NCBI GenBank assembly: GCA_028281825.1
Contig: JANQJC010000076.1
Location: 1,309-65,308, forward strand
DNA: 64,000 bases
DNA from: Flavobacteriales bacterium
Lineage (GTDB): Bacteria > Bacteroidota > Bacteroidia > JANQJC01
Direction: 5' to 3'
The position numbers and the translations under genes were made by a program. Under the pieces are notes generated by a model. It made no database searches. It had not been told where the DNA came from and saw nothing but the letters and a program-made list of their open reading frames with translations. Within the stretch, counting starts at the first letter, position 1. Each line of letters opens with the position of its first letter. Below, piece after piece: positions 9,167 through 17,494 of this stretch.

Positions 9167-9946
9167 TTACCAGTTGGCATTGGTAATGGGGTCCGATAAA
9201 GAACCTACCTGTAGGTTCTTCTCATCCTGATAAAAGTGCTTGTCCCAATCAGGAAATATGACATCATTATTCACAGATGCTTGAAACACAGGCACTTTTA
9301 CTTTTCCTCTCTCAACTTCACCTGATTCAAGTGTAAATTTTTCCCCTTTGGTGAAAGGCACGTATTCCATAGAATCTAGCGTAGCTAGGTTAAGGTCTCT
9401 TTTGAATTTGCTAGATAGTGAATCATATACACTTACCATTATAGTATCCCTGGAGATAATGCCAAGCTCAAGAGCTTCAAGTTCGGTTAATGTATCTGGA
9501 ACATTACCAATTGCTTTAACAACAGGGAACGAATCATTTTTGAAAAACATGTTCAGTGTATCAAAACTATTGGTGTACATGCCATATACATTCTTATAGG
9601 CAATCTGAGCTTCCTTAATAGCAAGAAGCTTTTGTTTAACCTTTTCGTATCGTTTATCCTTTATCACTTCAAACTCCAAAGGTTCTTGAATAGAGCGATA
9701 ATTAAGGTAGGCAGTAACTAATGCAAATGGCAGCAATACGTAAAATACCACGTTAAGAACTGAGCCAGTGATTACTTCCTGAACCAACAGTATGGAAAAA
9801 ACTCCGATTAGGAAAATGAGTACCCCTCCGTATAGAAACAACGAATTTTGGCCACCAGCCAAGGCAGCTATCACTAATCCAAGTCCAAAAGCAGTTAGTA
9901 AAGCTGGGAAAGAAAACTTTCTGAAATACAGTCTTAATTGATCCAT
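9167..9946 (-). CDS. Conserved Bacteroidetes membrane-anchored hypothetical protein (3 N-terminal TM helices)
   Basis: Hydrophobic N-terminus, then SIQEPLEF..KRY..V..KL..IKEAQIAYK...G.YT.SFDTL and C-terminal LQVGSL..P...ANW. Confidence 0.85.
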   Translation of the reverse strand: MDQLRLYFRKFSFPALLTAFGLGLVIAALAGGQNSLFLYGGVLIFLIGVFSILLVQEVITGSVLNVVFYVLLPFALVTAYLNYRSIQEPLEFEVIKDKRYEKVKQKLLAIKEAQIAYKNVYGMYTNSFDTLNMFFKNDSFPVVKAIGNVPDTLTELEALELGIISRDTIMVSVYDSLSSKFKRDLNLATLDSMEYVPFTKGEKFTLESGEVERGKVKVPVFQASVNNDVIFPDWDKHFYQDEKNLQVGSLSDPITNANW

Positions 9947-9989
9947 TTTGTCTTTATATGTGTCTGTAATAGCTTGATTTCTAGGTGCG

Positions 9990-9997
9990 CAAATCTA
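9990..9997 (-). promoter_or_regulatory. -7 promoter element for the hypothetical-DUF3822-rsmD operon
   Basis: TAGATTTG on the minus strand. Confidence 0.55.
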
Positions 9998-10195
9998 CAA
10001 TTTTTTTTAAAATGCTCACTTTCTCTATCGTCTATTATAAGAGATTGATATGCAGTTAATTAGCATGTAAATCTATTGCGATAACGTTCTAGGATGGTTA
10101 ATATTTTAAATCCATCACCTTTTGAAAAGCAAGAATTAAACGACCAACTGTTTATAAGTGCTTACAGATGACACGCTAGAATAATAGAAATGGAA

Positions 10196-10203
10196 TAACT
10201 TTG
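10196..10203 (+). promoter_or_regulatory. -7 promoter element for the TonB-dependent receptor
   Basis: TAACTTTG about 32 nt upstream of the ATG. Confidence 0.55.
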
Positions 10204-10235
10204 GCTTCAATTAGTGTTAATATAAGGCTAATATT

Positions 10236-12548
10236 ATGAAAAGGTTATCACTTATATTAGCAACTTTTACAGTAAGTGTATGTTCACTTTTTGCACAAAC
10301 AGGCACGGTAAGCGGTACTGTAAAGGATGCTAAGTCAGGCGAAACACTTATCGGAGTTAACATTACTTCTGGTGATTCTGGCGGAACAGTTACCAATTTA
10401 GACGGTAATTATTCACTAGAATTATCCCAGGGCTCTCATAAGGTTAAGTTTAGTTTTATTGGATATCGAAAGCTAGAGAAGTCAATTGAACTGAAGGCTG
10501 GTGAGGTTTATGAGTTGAATGTAAGTTTGCTGGAAGCTTCCAAGGAGCTAGACATAGTTGTGGTTACTGGCAGTGCTTATGAAAAAAAGGCTGCTGAGGA
10601 GATTGTGAGTATTGATGTGATAAAACCCTATTTGGTTGAAAGCAACAATAATACTGATTTAGCACAAGCAGTAGAGAAGGTTCCCGGAGTTAATATAATT
10701 GATGGTCAGGCGACAATAAGAGGTGGAGCGGGATATGCGTATGGGGCAGGTAGTAGGGTGCAAGTATTGGTTGATGAAATGCCATTGCTTACTGGAGACT
10801 TGCAGGAAGTACGTTGGAACTTTGTACCAATGGAGCATGTGGAACAAATAGAGGTAATAAAAGGGGCAGCATCTTCATTATATGGCTCTTCAGCATTGAA
10901 TGGTGTAATCAATATAAGAACCGGCTATGCTTATGATAAGCCTAAAACCAAGTTACAGATATACCAAGGGATATACAGTAACCCTAAGAGAAAAGAATTG
11001 CGTTGGTGGGATAAACCATACCATCCATTTTTCACTGGGGCTTTCTTTTCTCACAGAAGGCGTTTTGGTAATCTTGACTTAGTGGTAGGTGGGAACTTGA
11101 ATTCAGAAAGCAGCTATTTGCAAGGTGGTGACGACCAACAGGTCCGCTTTAACTTTAAGACAAGGTATAGAAGTAAAAAAGTGGAAGGCTTGACCTATGG
11201 TATTAACGCGAATGCCATGTATCAGCAATTTGGCCGTTTCTTTCTTTGGGAAAACAGTGATGAAGGTGCTTATAAGCCATTTGAGGGGACTGGTTCTAAT
11301 GATTACTATTCATATGTTAACATCGACCCACATATCACTTACTATACAAAGGGTGGAACTAAGCATATGCTGCGAACAAGATATTATAACGTGATAAGAT
11401 GGCAAGATGGGGAGTATAAGGGTTCATCAACTAACTTGTATTATGTAAACTATCAATACCAAAGATCATTTTCTGGGCATTGGACTGTTATTGCAGGTAC
11501 TGTTTATAATTTTTCGAGGTCATTCAGTAATCTTTATAATGAGAAACTGTTTAATCAATTAGGTGCGGTATATACTCAGGTAGAGAAGAAAATAAAGAGA
11601 CTGACTCTTTTGGGAGGTTTAAGATATGAGATTAATGCCTTATACCAGACCACAGATACAGTATTAATTGAAGAGTCCAAACCTTTGGTGAGAGCTGGAC
11701 TAAACTATCATATGGGTGCTGCTACTTATTTAAGGGCTTCATTTGGCCAGGGCTACCGCATACCAAGTATAGGTGAAAGGTACATACAAGAGAATATTAC
11801 TCCAGCTATTAAGATATATAAGAATCCAGATCTTCATCCAGAGAAGGGTTGGACGGCTGAAGTGGGACTTAAGCAAGGGCTTAGCTTAGGTGAGTGGAAA
11901 GGGTATGCGGATTTGGCATTGTTCTGGACGGAGTTTGAGGATATGATTGAATTTACCTTTGGTCAATATGGAACTTCTGATAATATATTGGAGAATTTAG
12001 GTTTCAAAAGTCAAAACATCAATCAGGCGCGTGTGGCCGGATATGAAGTTTCTGCTTATGGAGAAGGCAAGATAGGGCCTATACCAGTACGAATACTTGG
12101 AGGCTATACATTTAACTATCCTGCTGATATAGGAGTAGATACAACGCAGCAGAATGTGAACATTTACCTGCAAAATCTAATTCAAAGCTTTACGGAGGTT
12201 GATTCTCTCATTAATACTGAAAGCATATTAAAGTATAGGCTGCGAAATGTGGTGCGTTTTGACCTTGAGTTTGACCTTGGTAGATTTACCTTGGGTGGTA
12301 GTATCAACTACAACAGTTTTATGGAAAGAATTGATGCCGTGTTTGACCTTATACCAGGTGTTACTCAATTTAGAGAGTTGAATAATAAAGGGGTTGCATT
12401 ATATGATGCACGTATTGCCTGTAGGGTTTCAGAAAACAGTACTGTTAATCTTATAGCCCGGAATATCGAGAATTTAGAATATTCACTTCGACCGGGTATG
12501 CTAGAGGCCCCAAGAAGCGTTGTGCTACAATACAAATTCAACTTCTAA
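10236..12548 (+). CDS. TonB-dependent outer membrane receptor with N-terminal carboxypeptidase-regulatory-like domain
   Basis: Signal peptide, GTVKDAKSGETLIGV domain, plug motif IEVIKGAASSLYGSSALNGVINI, NPDLHPEK, terminal YKFNF. Confidence 0.93.
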   Translation: MKRLSLILATFTVSVCSLFAQTGTVSGTVKDAKSGETLIGVNITSGDSGGTVTNLDGNYSLELSQGSHKVKFSFIGYRKLEKSIELKAGEVYELNVSLLEASKELDIVVVTGSAYEKKAAEEIVSIDVIKPYLVESNNNTDLAQAVEKVPGVNIIDGQATIRGGAGYAYGAGSRVQVLVDEMPLLTGDLQEVRWNFVPMEHVEQIEVIKGAASSLYGSSALNGVINIRTGYAYDKPKTKLQIYQGIYSNPKRKELRWWDKPYHPFFTGAFFSHRRRFGNLDLVVGGNLNSESSYLQGGDDQQVRFNFKTRYRSKKVEGLTYGINANAMYQQFGRFFLWENSDEGAYKPFEGTGSNDYYSYVNIDPHITYYTKGGTKHMLRTRYYNVIRWQDGEYKGSSTNLYYVNYQYQRSFSGHWTVIAGTVYNFSRSFSNLYNEKLFNQLGAVYTQVEKKIKRLTLLGGLRYEINALYQTTDTVLIEESKPLVRAGLNYHMGAATYLRASFGQGYRIPSIGERYIQENITPAIKIYKNPDLHPEKGWTAEVGLKQGLSLGEWKGYADLALFWTEFEDMIEFTFGQYGTSDNILENLGFKSQNINQARVAGYEVSAYGEGKIGPIPVRILGGYTFNYPADIGVDTTQQNVNIYLQNLIQSFTEVDSLINTESILKYRLRNVVRFDLEFDLGRFTLGGSINYNSFMERIDAVFDLIPGVTQFRELNNKGVALYDARIACRVSENSTVNLIARNIENLEYSLRPGMLEAPRSVVLQYKFNF

Positions 12549-12604
12549 TAATTTCTAAATGTAAACGTGTATTTTATGGCTTTATCACTAATGCATGTTT
12601 CTAA

Positions 12605-13738
12605 ATGATAGGGCTCTACTTTGGGGCTTTAGCCGCGCTTTACCTTTCACTAAGGCTTTGGTATATAAATAGAAATACACCATCTGGAAAGTGGTTTATG
12701 ACTATATCATCCGTGGTATTTACTCTTATACTTTTTGAGTTTACTGCTAATATCACTTTCTATGTGATGACGGGTAAATGGGTTTTTGCTGAACTTGAAT
12801 CTCATAATTCGAAATTATGGGAAGAGCATCCCCAACTGATTGGAGTGAATAAGAAGAATGTGAGTGTTTATTTGGATGGACACACTTATTCTCACAACTC
12901 AAAAGGGTGGAGAGGGGCTGAAAAGGATAATAAAGACGGTGAAATAGTAGTAGCAGCTATAGGTGGGTCTACTACTTATGGTGTAGGAGTGAGCGACAAT
13001 GAAACATGGCCCCATTATCTAGATAGTTTATTACCAGAAGGTTATAAGGTGATAAACATGGGGGTGCCGGGGTATTCTACCATTGACAACACAAAACAGG
13101 TGGGTTTGTATCTGGAAGGGATAAACCCTGGTTTGGTTCTGCTTCATGTTGGCTTAAATGACTTAAGAATAAGTCATTTGGAAAATATTGAGGATAGTTA
13201 TGCTGATTTTCAGGCGGCAGGCTTATTTGCTTCTTTGGGGCTATGCTACAGGTATAAATTACCCAAAATAGCATCTTTGCGGGCAATAATAATCGTGTTA
13301 CAAGAATTGGGCTGGTATCCTACATGTTTGTTTCATCAGTTTCAATTTAATGGTTACATGCAATCTGGGGTTGACTCAATTGCATTGGATATTTATGAAA
13401 ACCATCTAAAAGATTTGGTCGGGCAACTCGCGGATAATGGTGCAGAAGTGTTTTTGGTGCCGCAAGTTATTAACTTGGAGCAATATCAAAAGTTTCCATA
13501 CCAATGGTGGATACCTTACATAGAACCATCATCAATTGATAAGCACATTGAGGCTTTTAACAACACTTCAGAAAATGTGTTTGGTGAAGTTGGGTTGGGA
13601 GTTTATATCAATAGTGTGGATAGCGTAAAGTGGAAGGTTACTGACTTTTGTGATGCTGTTCATCTCAATAGAGATGGCAATCTTAAACTTGCATCAATAG
13701 TATCAAGGACTATAACTGAAGCCCGCGGCTCAGAATAA
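12605..13738 (+). CDS. Membrane-anchored SGNH/GDSL hydrolase
   Basis: Blocks GGSTTYG (S), GVPGYS (G), GLND (N) and DAVH (DxxH); N-terminal TM segments. Confidence 0.85.
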   Translation: MIGLYFGALAALYLSLRLWYINRNTPSGKWFMTISSVVFTLILFEFTANITFYVMTGKWVFAELESHNSKLWEEHPQLIGVNKKNVSVYLDGHTYSHNSKGWRGAEKDNKDGEIVVAAIGGSTTYGVGVSDNETWPHYLDSLLPEGYKVINMGVPGYSTIDNTKQVGLYLEGINPGLVLLHVGLNDLRISHLENIEDSYADFQAAGLFASLGLCYRYKLPKIASLRAIIIVLQELGWYPTCLFHQFQFNGYMQSGVDSIALDIYENHLKDLVGQLADNGAEVFLVPQVINLEQYQKFPYQWWIPYIEPSSIDKHIEAFNNTSENVFGEVGLGVYINSVDSVKWKVTDFCDAVHLNRDGNLKLASIVSRTITEARGSE

Positions 13739-14927
13739 ATTTATAGAAGAAGATTACAGCCATCAGTATTGAGAGCGCTGCAATGGATACCCTACCTTTC
13801 TCATATATCTTTTGACGATAGATAAGAATTTCAAAGAAGGCACGTGCTCCCATAAAAGCCCATATTAATACAAACCCAAGTGCAACCATTATAATAAAGT
13901 TAGCTCTTAAGTTGCCTGGGTAGTTTATCAGGAAGATTAAAATGGTGCCAATAATAAAAGGTATGATGCCCACTTGAAAAATTAGACGTGCCTTATCGGA
14001 CTTTGTTTTAATAACCCTGCTTGACCAAGCTGTTTGTACAAATGGTTTCGCCATGAGTAGCCCAACTGGTATGGTTAAAACAAATCCCAGTATTGCTAAA
14101 GCATTCTCAAAGGTGTTACTGTAATAAAGATATCCCGTAACTATACCCAAACTCATCTCGCTGGTTGGTTGCAGTCTGCCCTTGTAGTTAGGTATAGACA
14201 TTAGTTTGGCAAGGAAATTCGCAAAGCCAATTAATGAAGTCCATATAAAGAATAAGCGAACGAAAACGTTTTTGTCCTTTAATAGGAGATATACTATATA
14301 TGAGCCAAAACCTATGCCCAAAGTAAGGAAGGGCCCTGTGATAAAAATTCTTTTTACTGCATGTGGATACCATCCAGAATTGTTCAAATAAACTATATAG
14401 GAGTAGTAAAGAATGGGCTTGAGCTTAAAGTATTTGGCAGCCATTGCCACAGCCAAATCATTAGCAAAGAATACCATCAAGTAGGTGGTAACAAATATTA
14501 TAGTGGAGTTAAAGAGGGCAAAGTTGTTTATCTCCCCAAAGAAGAAGTCATGGTAGGCATCCTTTAATTGCTGCCTTAGCATTATCACTCTCTCTTTAAA
14601 AGGTATTTTCTTCTTGGGAGCAGTTACAGATTTTTTGAACTTAGCCTTCATTTTGGCTTCAAGTTCACGTGCTTCACGAGCCTCCTTAATTCTCTCGGAA
14701 ATACTTTTAGGTTTTGACTTGCGGTATACTTTTTTCCTAAACTCTTCCTGGAGCTTTTTATCCCTTTTATCGCGCGATACTAAGTACTTGATGTACTCAG
14801 GTATGCTCATTCTTTTCCGTCCTTTTCTGACGGAACTTTTGAATTGTTGCTTGAGCTGGGCATCGCGGCGTTGTTCCGCAAAATATTCTTTAATTATGTC
14901 GAGTAAGGTGCGTCTTTTTCTGGCCAT
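13710..14927 (-). CDS. Polytopic membrane protein with basic N-terminal 34-aa repeats and an M50-like membrane domain lacking HExxH
   Basis: K/R-rich first ~125 aa followed by about 7 hydrophobic segments; starts 8 nt after the uvrD stop. Confidence 0.8.
   Translation of the reverse strand: MARKRRTLLDIIKEYFAEQRRDAQLKQQFKSSVRKGRKRMSIPEYIKYLVSRDKRDKKLQEEFRKKVYRKSKPKSISERIKEAREARELEAKMKAKFKKSVTAPKKKIPFKERVIMLRQQLKDAYHDFFFGEINNFALFNSTIIFVTTYLMVFFANDLAVAMAAKYFKLKPILYYSYIVYLNNSGWYPHAVKRIFITGPFLTLGIGFGSYIVYLLLKDKNVFVRLFFIWTSLIGFANFLAKLMSIPNYKGRLQPTSEMSLGIVTGYLYYSNTFENALAILGFVLTIPVGLLMAKPFVQTAWSSRVIKTKSDKARLIFQVGIIPFIIGTILIFLINYPGNLRANFIIMVALGFVLIWAFMGARAFFEILIYRQKIYEKGRVSIAALSILMAVIFFYKFILSRGLQL
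14604..14909 (-). repeat. Three tandem 34-aa basic repeats (protein level)
   Basis: TLLDIIKEYFAEQRRDAQLKQQFKSSVRKGRKRM / SIPEYIKYLVSRDKRDKKLQEEFRKKVYRKSKPK / SISERIKEAREARELEAKMKAKFKKSVTAPKKKI align without gaps. Confidence 0.8.
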
Positions 14928-14934
14928 ACCAGTG

Positions 14935-17304
14935 TCAGTTATTACTGATTATGCGCAATTTAGCAAACTTCAATAATAATTGTTTTTGTCCTACATCAGG
15001 AAAAAATACTGTTGCTTTTGTATTCGGCATAATACCTTCTATCTGCAATACTTTACCGTTGCCAAATTTTTCGTGTTCCACTTGCATGCCCACCTGTAAC
15101 TTTTGAATCAACTCCAGTTGGTCAGCGCCAACGGGCTTTGATGTAATTTGACTTGTACTCGCTCTTGTCAGGTTTGGTTTTGTGGATGAATGTGTGTATG
15201 TCTTTTTTTCTTTGGCTTGATATCCTGTTGGTCTAGTCTCGGGAGTTTTTGGTTTCCAAACTGTCTTTTGTCTGGGCTCGAAACTGGTTTCCACATTAGT
15301 CCTAGCTGTGCTTGCCCCACCAGAGAACTCTAAATACTTAGGTTCTATCTCTTCAAGAAAACGGCTCGGCTCACAGTGAATAAGGTTCCCCCATTTGTAC
15401 CTACTTACGGCAAAAGTGAGGTGGGCTTGTTTTTCAGCTCTGGTGAGAGCTACATAAAACAGCCGCCTTTCTTCCTCCAAATCTGCCCTAGAGTTAAGTG
15501 ATAGTTGAGAGGGGAAAAGGTTTTCTTCCATACCACTCACAAATACATAGGGAAACTCTAGGCCTTTCGCAGCGTGAATGGTCATTAAGGATACCTTGTC
15601 TAAGTCATCCTTGTCCTTCTCATCAGCATCGGTAAGTAATGCAATATCTTGAATGAACTCATCTAATGTTCTCATACGTTCAATGAGTTCACCATTCTCA
15701 TCCACTGCTGGCGATTCATCAAACTCTTTGATAGCGTTGAGCAGTTCCTGGATGTTTTCGTACCTGCTTACTCCTTCGGTAGACTTATCGGAGTAGAGTT
15801 CTTTTAAGATACCCGAAGATTGAGCGATGTGCTCGGCTAATGAGTAAGCAGAGGTTTTTGGCAGGCCAATATTAAAGCTCTTAATCATAGTGATGAAATT
15901 CCCCAGTTTTTCAGAAGTGCCTCCGTGAACAGGGAGGGGGTGATGTGCCGGGTTAGTCATTACATCCCACATGCTGGTATCTCTTTCACTGGCAATAACA
16001 CTTATTTTCTCTATCGTGGTTTTGCCAATACCCCTAGTTGGGTAATTAATTACCCTTTTAAGTGCTTCTTCATCAGCTGGGTTAGCTGCCAACCTGAAAT
16101 ATGCTATAAGATCTTTAATTTCTTTGCGTTGGTAGAAAGAAAGTCCACCGTATATCCTGTAAGAAATATTCAGCTTTCTTAATGCTTCTTCAATGGCTCT
16201 GGATTGAGCGTTGGTTCTGTATAAAACAGCAAAATCTTTATCATGAACCTGCTCATTCATTTTGTATTCAAAGATGGCATGTGCAATCAAGGCACCTTCC
16301 TCATTATCGCTCATAGCCCTTGATACTTTTATTTTAGTGCCAGCATCATTATCTGTCCAGACCTCTTTTTTAAGCTGGTCGCGATTGTGTGCAATGATGT
16401 TATTAGCAGCATCAACAATTGTTTTGGTAGAGCGATAATTTTGCTCCAATTTAAAGGTCTTTAGGTCGGGATAGTCTTTTTCAAAGTTTAGGATGTTTTG
16501 GATGTTGGCCCCTCGGAAGCCATAAATACTCTGGGCATCATCACCCACCACACATATATTCTCAAATACAGCGGCAAGTTTTTTTACAATTACATATTGA
16601 GAGAAGTTGGTGTCTTGGTACTCATCTACCATTACATACCTGAACTTGTGCTGGTATTTGTGCAAAACATCAGGAAAGTCCCTCAAAAGGATATTAGTTT
16701 GATAGAGTAAATCATCAAAATCCATCGCGCCCGATTTAAAGCAACGAGAAGCATACTTTTGATAGACAATGCCCAACTTGGGTTTTGCAGACATTTTATC
16801 ATCATTCTGTATCTCATTATTTTGAAGGTACGCCGTGGGTGATATCAAACTAGACTTGGCAGCGGATATCCTACTTAATACGGAGCCTGGTTTGTAAACC
16901 TTGTCATCAAGTTGCTCTTCTTTTAAAATGGTTTTGATGAGGCTTTTTGAATCGTCGGTATCGTATATGGTAAAGTTGCTGGGGTAGCCTAGCTTTTCAG
17001 CTTCAAAGCGCAGTATTTTAGCAAAAACCGAATGGAAGGTTCCCATCCAAAGGTTACGAGCTTCTGTACCGCCAACAATAGTTTCAATACGGCTTTTCAT
17101 TTCTCTGGCAGCCTTATTGGTAAAAGTAAGAGCCAGAATATTAAATGGGTCAACTCCTTTTTCGAGCAAGTGGGCTATGCGGTAAGTCAAGACCCTTGTT
17201 TTGCCAGAACCCGCGCCAGCGATAATCATTACTGGCCCTTCAGTGTGCTGCACAGCCAACCTCTGTACGTCATTCAACTCGTTTAAATAATCCCGCTCAG
17301 CCAT
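14935..17304 (-). CDS. uvrD: ATP-dependent DNA helicase UvrD/PcrA
   Basis: AGAGSGKT, VDEYQD, VGDDAQSIYGFRGA, LEQNYRS, TIHAAKGLEF, EERRLFYVALTRA and a C-terminal Tudor-like domain. Confidence 0.96.
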   Translation of the reverse strand: MAERDYLNELNDVQRLAVQHTEGPVMIIAGAGSGKTRVLTYRIAHLLEKGVDPFNILALTFTNKAAREMKSRIETIVGGTEARNLWMGTFHSVFAKILRFEAEKLGYPSNFTIYDTDDSKSLIKTILKEEQLDDKVYKPGSVLSRISAAKSSLISPTAYLQNNEIQNDDKMSAKPKLGIVYQKYASRCFKSGAMDFDDLLYQTNILLRDFPDVLHKYQHKFRYVMVDEYQDTNFSQYVIVKKLAAVFENICVVGDDAQSIYGFRGANIQNILNFEKDYPDLKTFKLEQNYRSTKTIVDAANNIIAHNRDQLKKEVWTDNDAGTKIKVSRAMSDNEEGALIAHAIFEYKMNEQVHDKDFAVLYRTNAQSRAIEEALRKLNISYRIYGGLSFYQRKEIKDLIAYFRLAANPADEEALKRVINYPTRGIGKTTIEKISVIASERDTSMWDVMTNPAHHPLPVHGGTSEKLGNFITMIKSFNIGLPKTSAYSLAEHIAQSSGILKELYSDKSTEGVSRYENIQELLNAIKEFDESPAVDENGELIERMRTLDEFIQDIALLTDADEKDKDDLDKVSLMTIHAAKGLEFPYVFVSGMEENLFPSQLSLNSRADLEEERRLFYVALTRAEKQAHLTFAVSRYKWGNLIHCEPSRFLEEIEPKYLEFSGGASTARTNVETSFEPRQKTVWKPKTPETRPTGYQAKEKKTYTHSSTKPNLTRASTSQITSKPVGADQLELIQKLQVGMQVEHEKFGNGKVLQIEGIMPNTKATVFFPDVGQKQLLLKFAKLRIISNN

Positions 17305-17351
17305 TGAGAATCAATAATTTTTTGATAGAGAAACACCCAAAACTTAACTCG

Positions 17352-17359
17352 CAAAGTTA
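17352..17359 (-). promoter_or_regulatory. -7 promoter element for uvrD
   Basis: TAACTTTG on the minus strand. Confidence 0.6.
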
Positions 17360-17450
17360 GTATTTTTGGTACATCTGAATTGATGAAAGGAGCTAAAAAT
17401 CAGAGAGTTTTAAGAAAATTATTAACGATTGGTACACATATTTTTTTTCG

Positions 17451-17458
17451 TAAATTTG
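17451..17458 (+). promoter_or_regulatory. -7 promoter element for the T9SS type B protein
   Basis: TAAATTTG lies inside the track's TTG-extended ORF, which supports the ATG at 17495 as the true start. Confidence 0.55.
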
Positions 17459-17494
17459 GACGATTTTTTAGGAATAACCTTTAATAAACCACCT

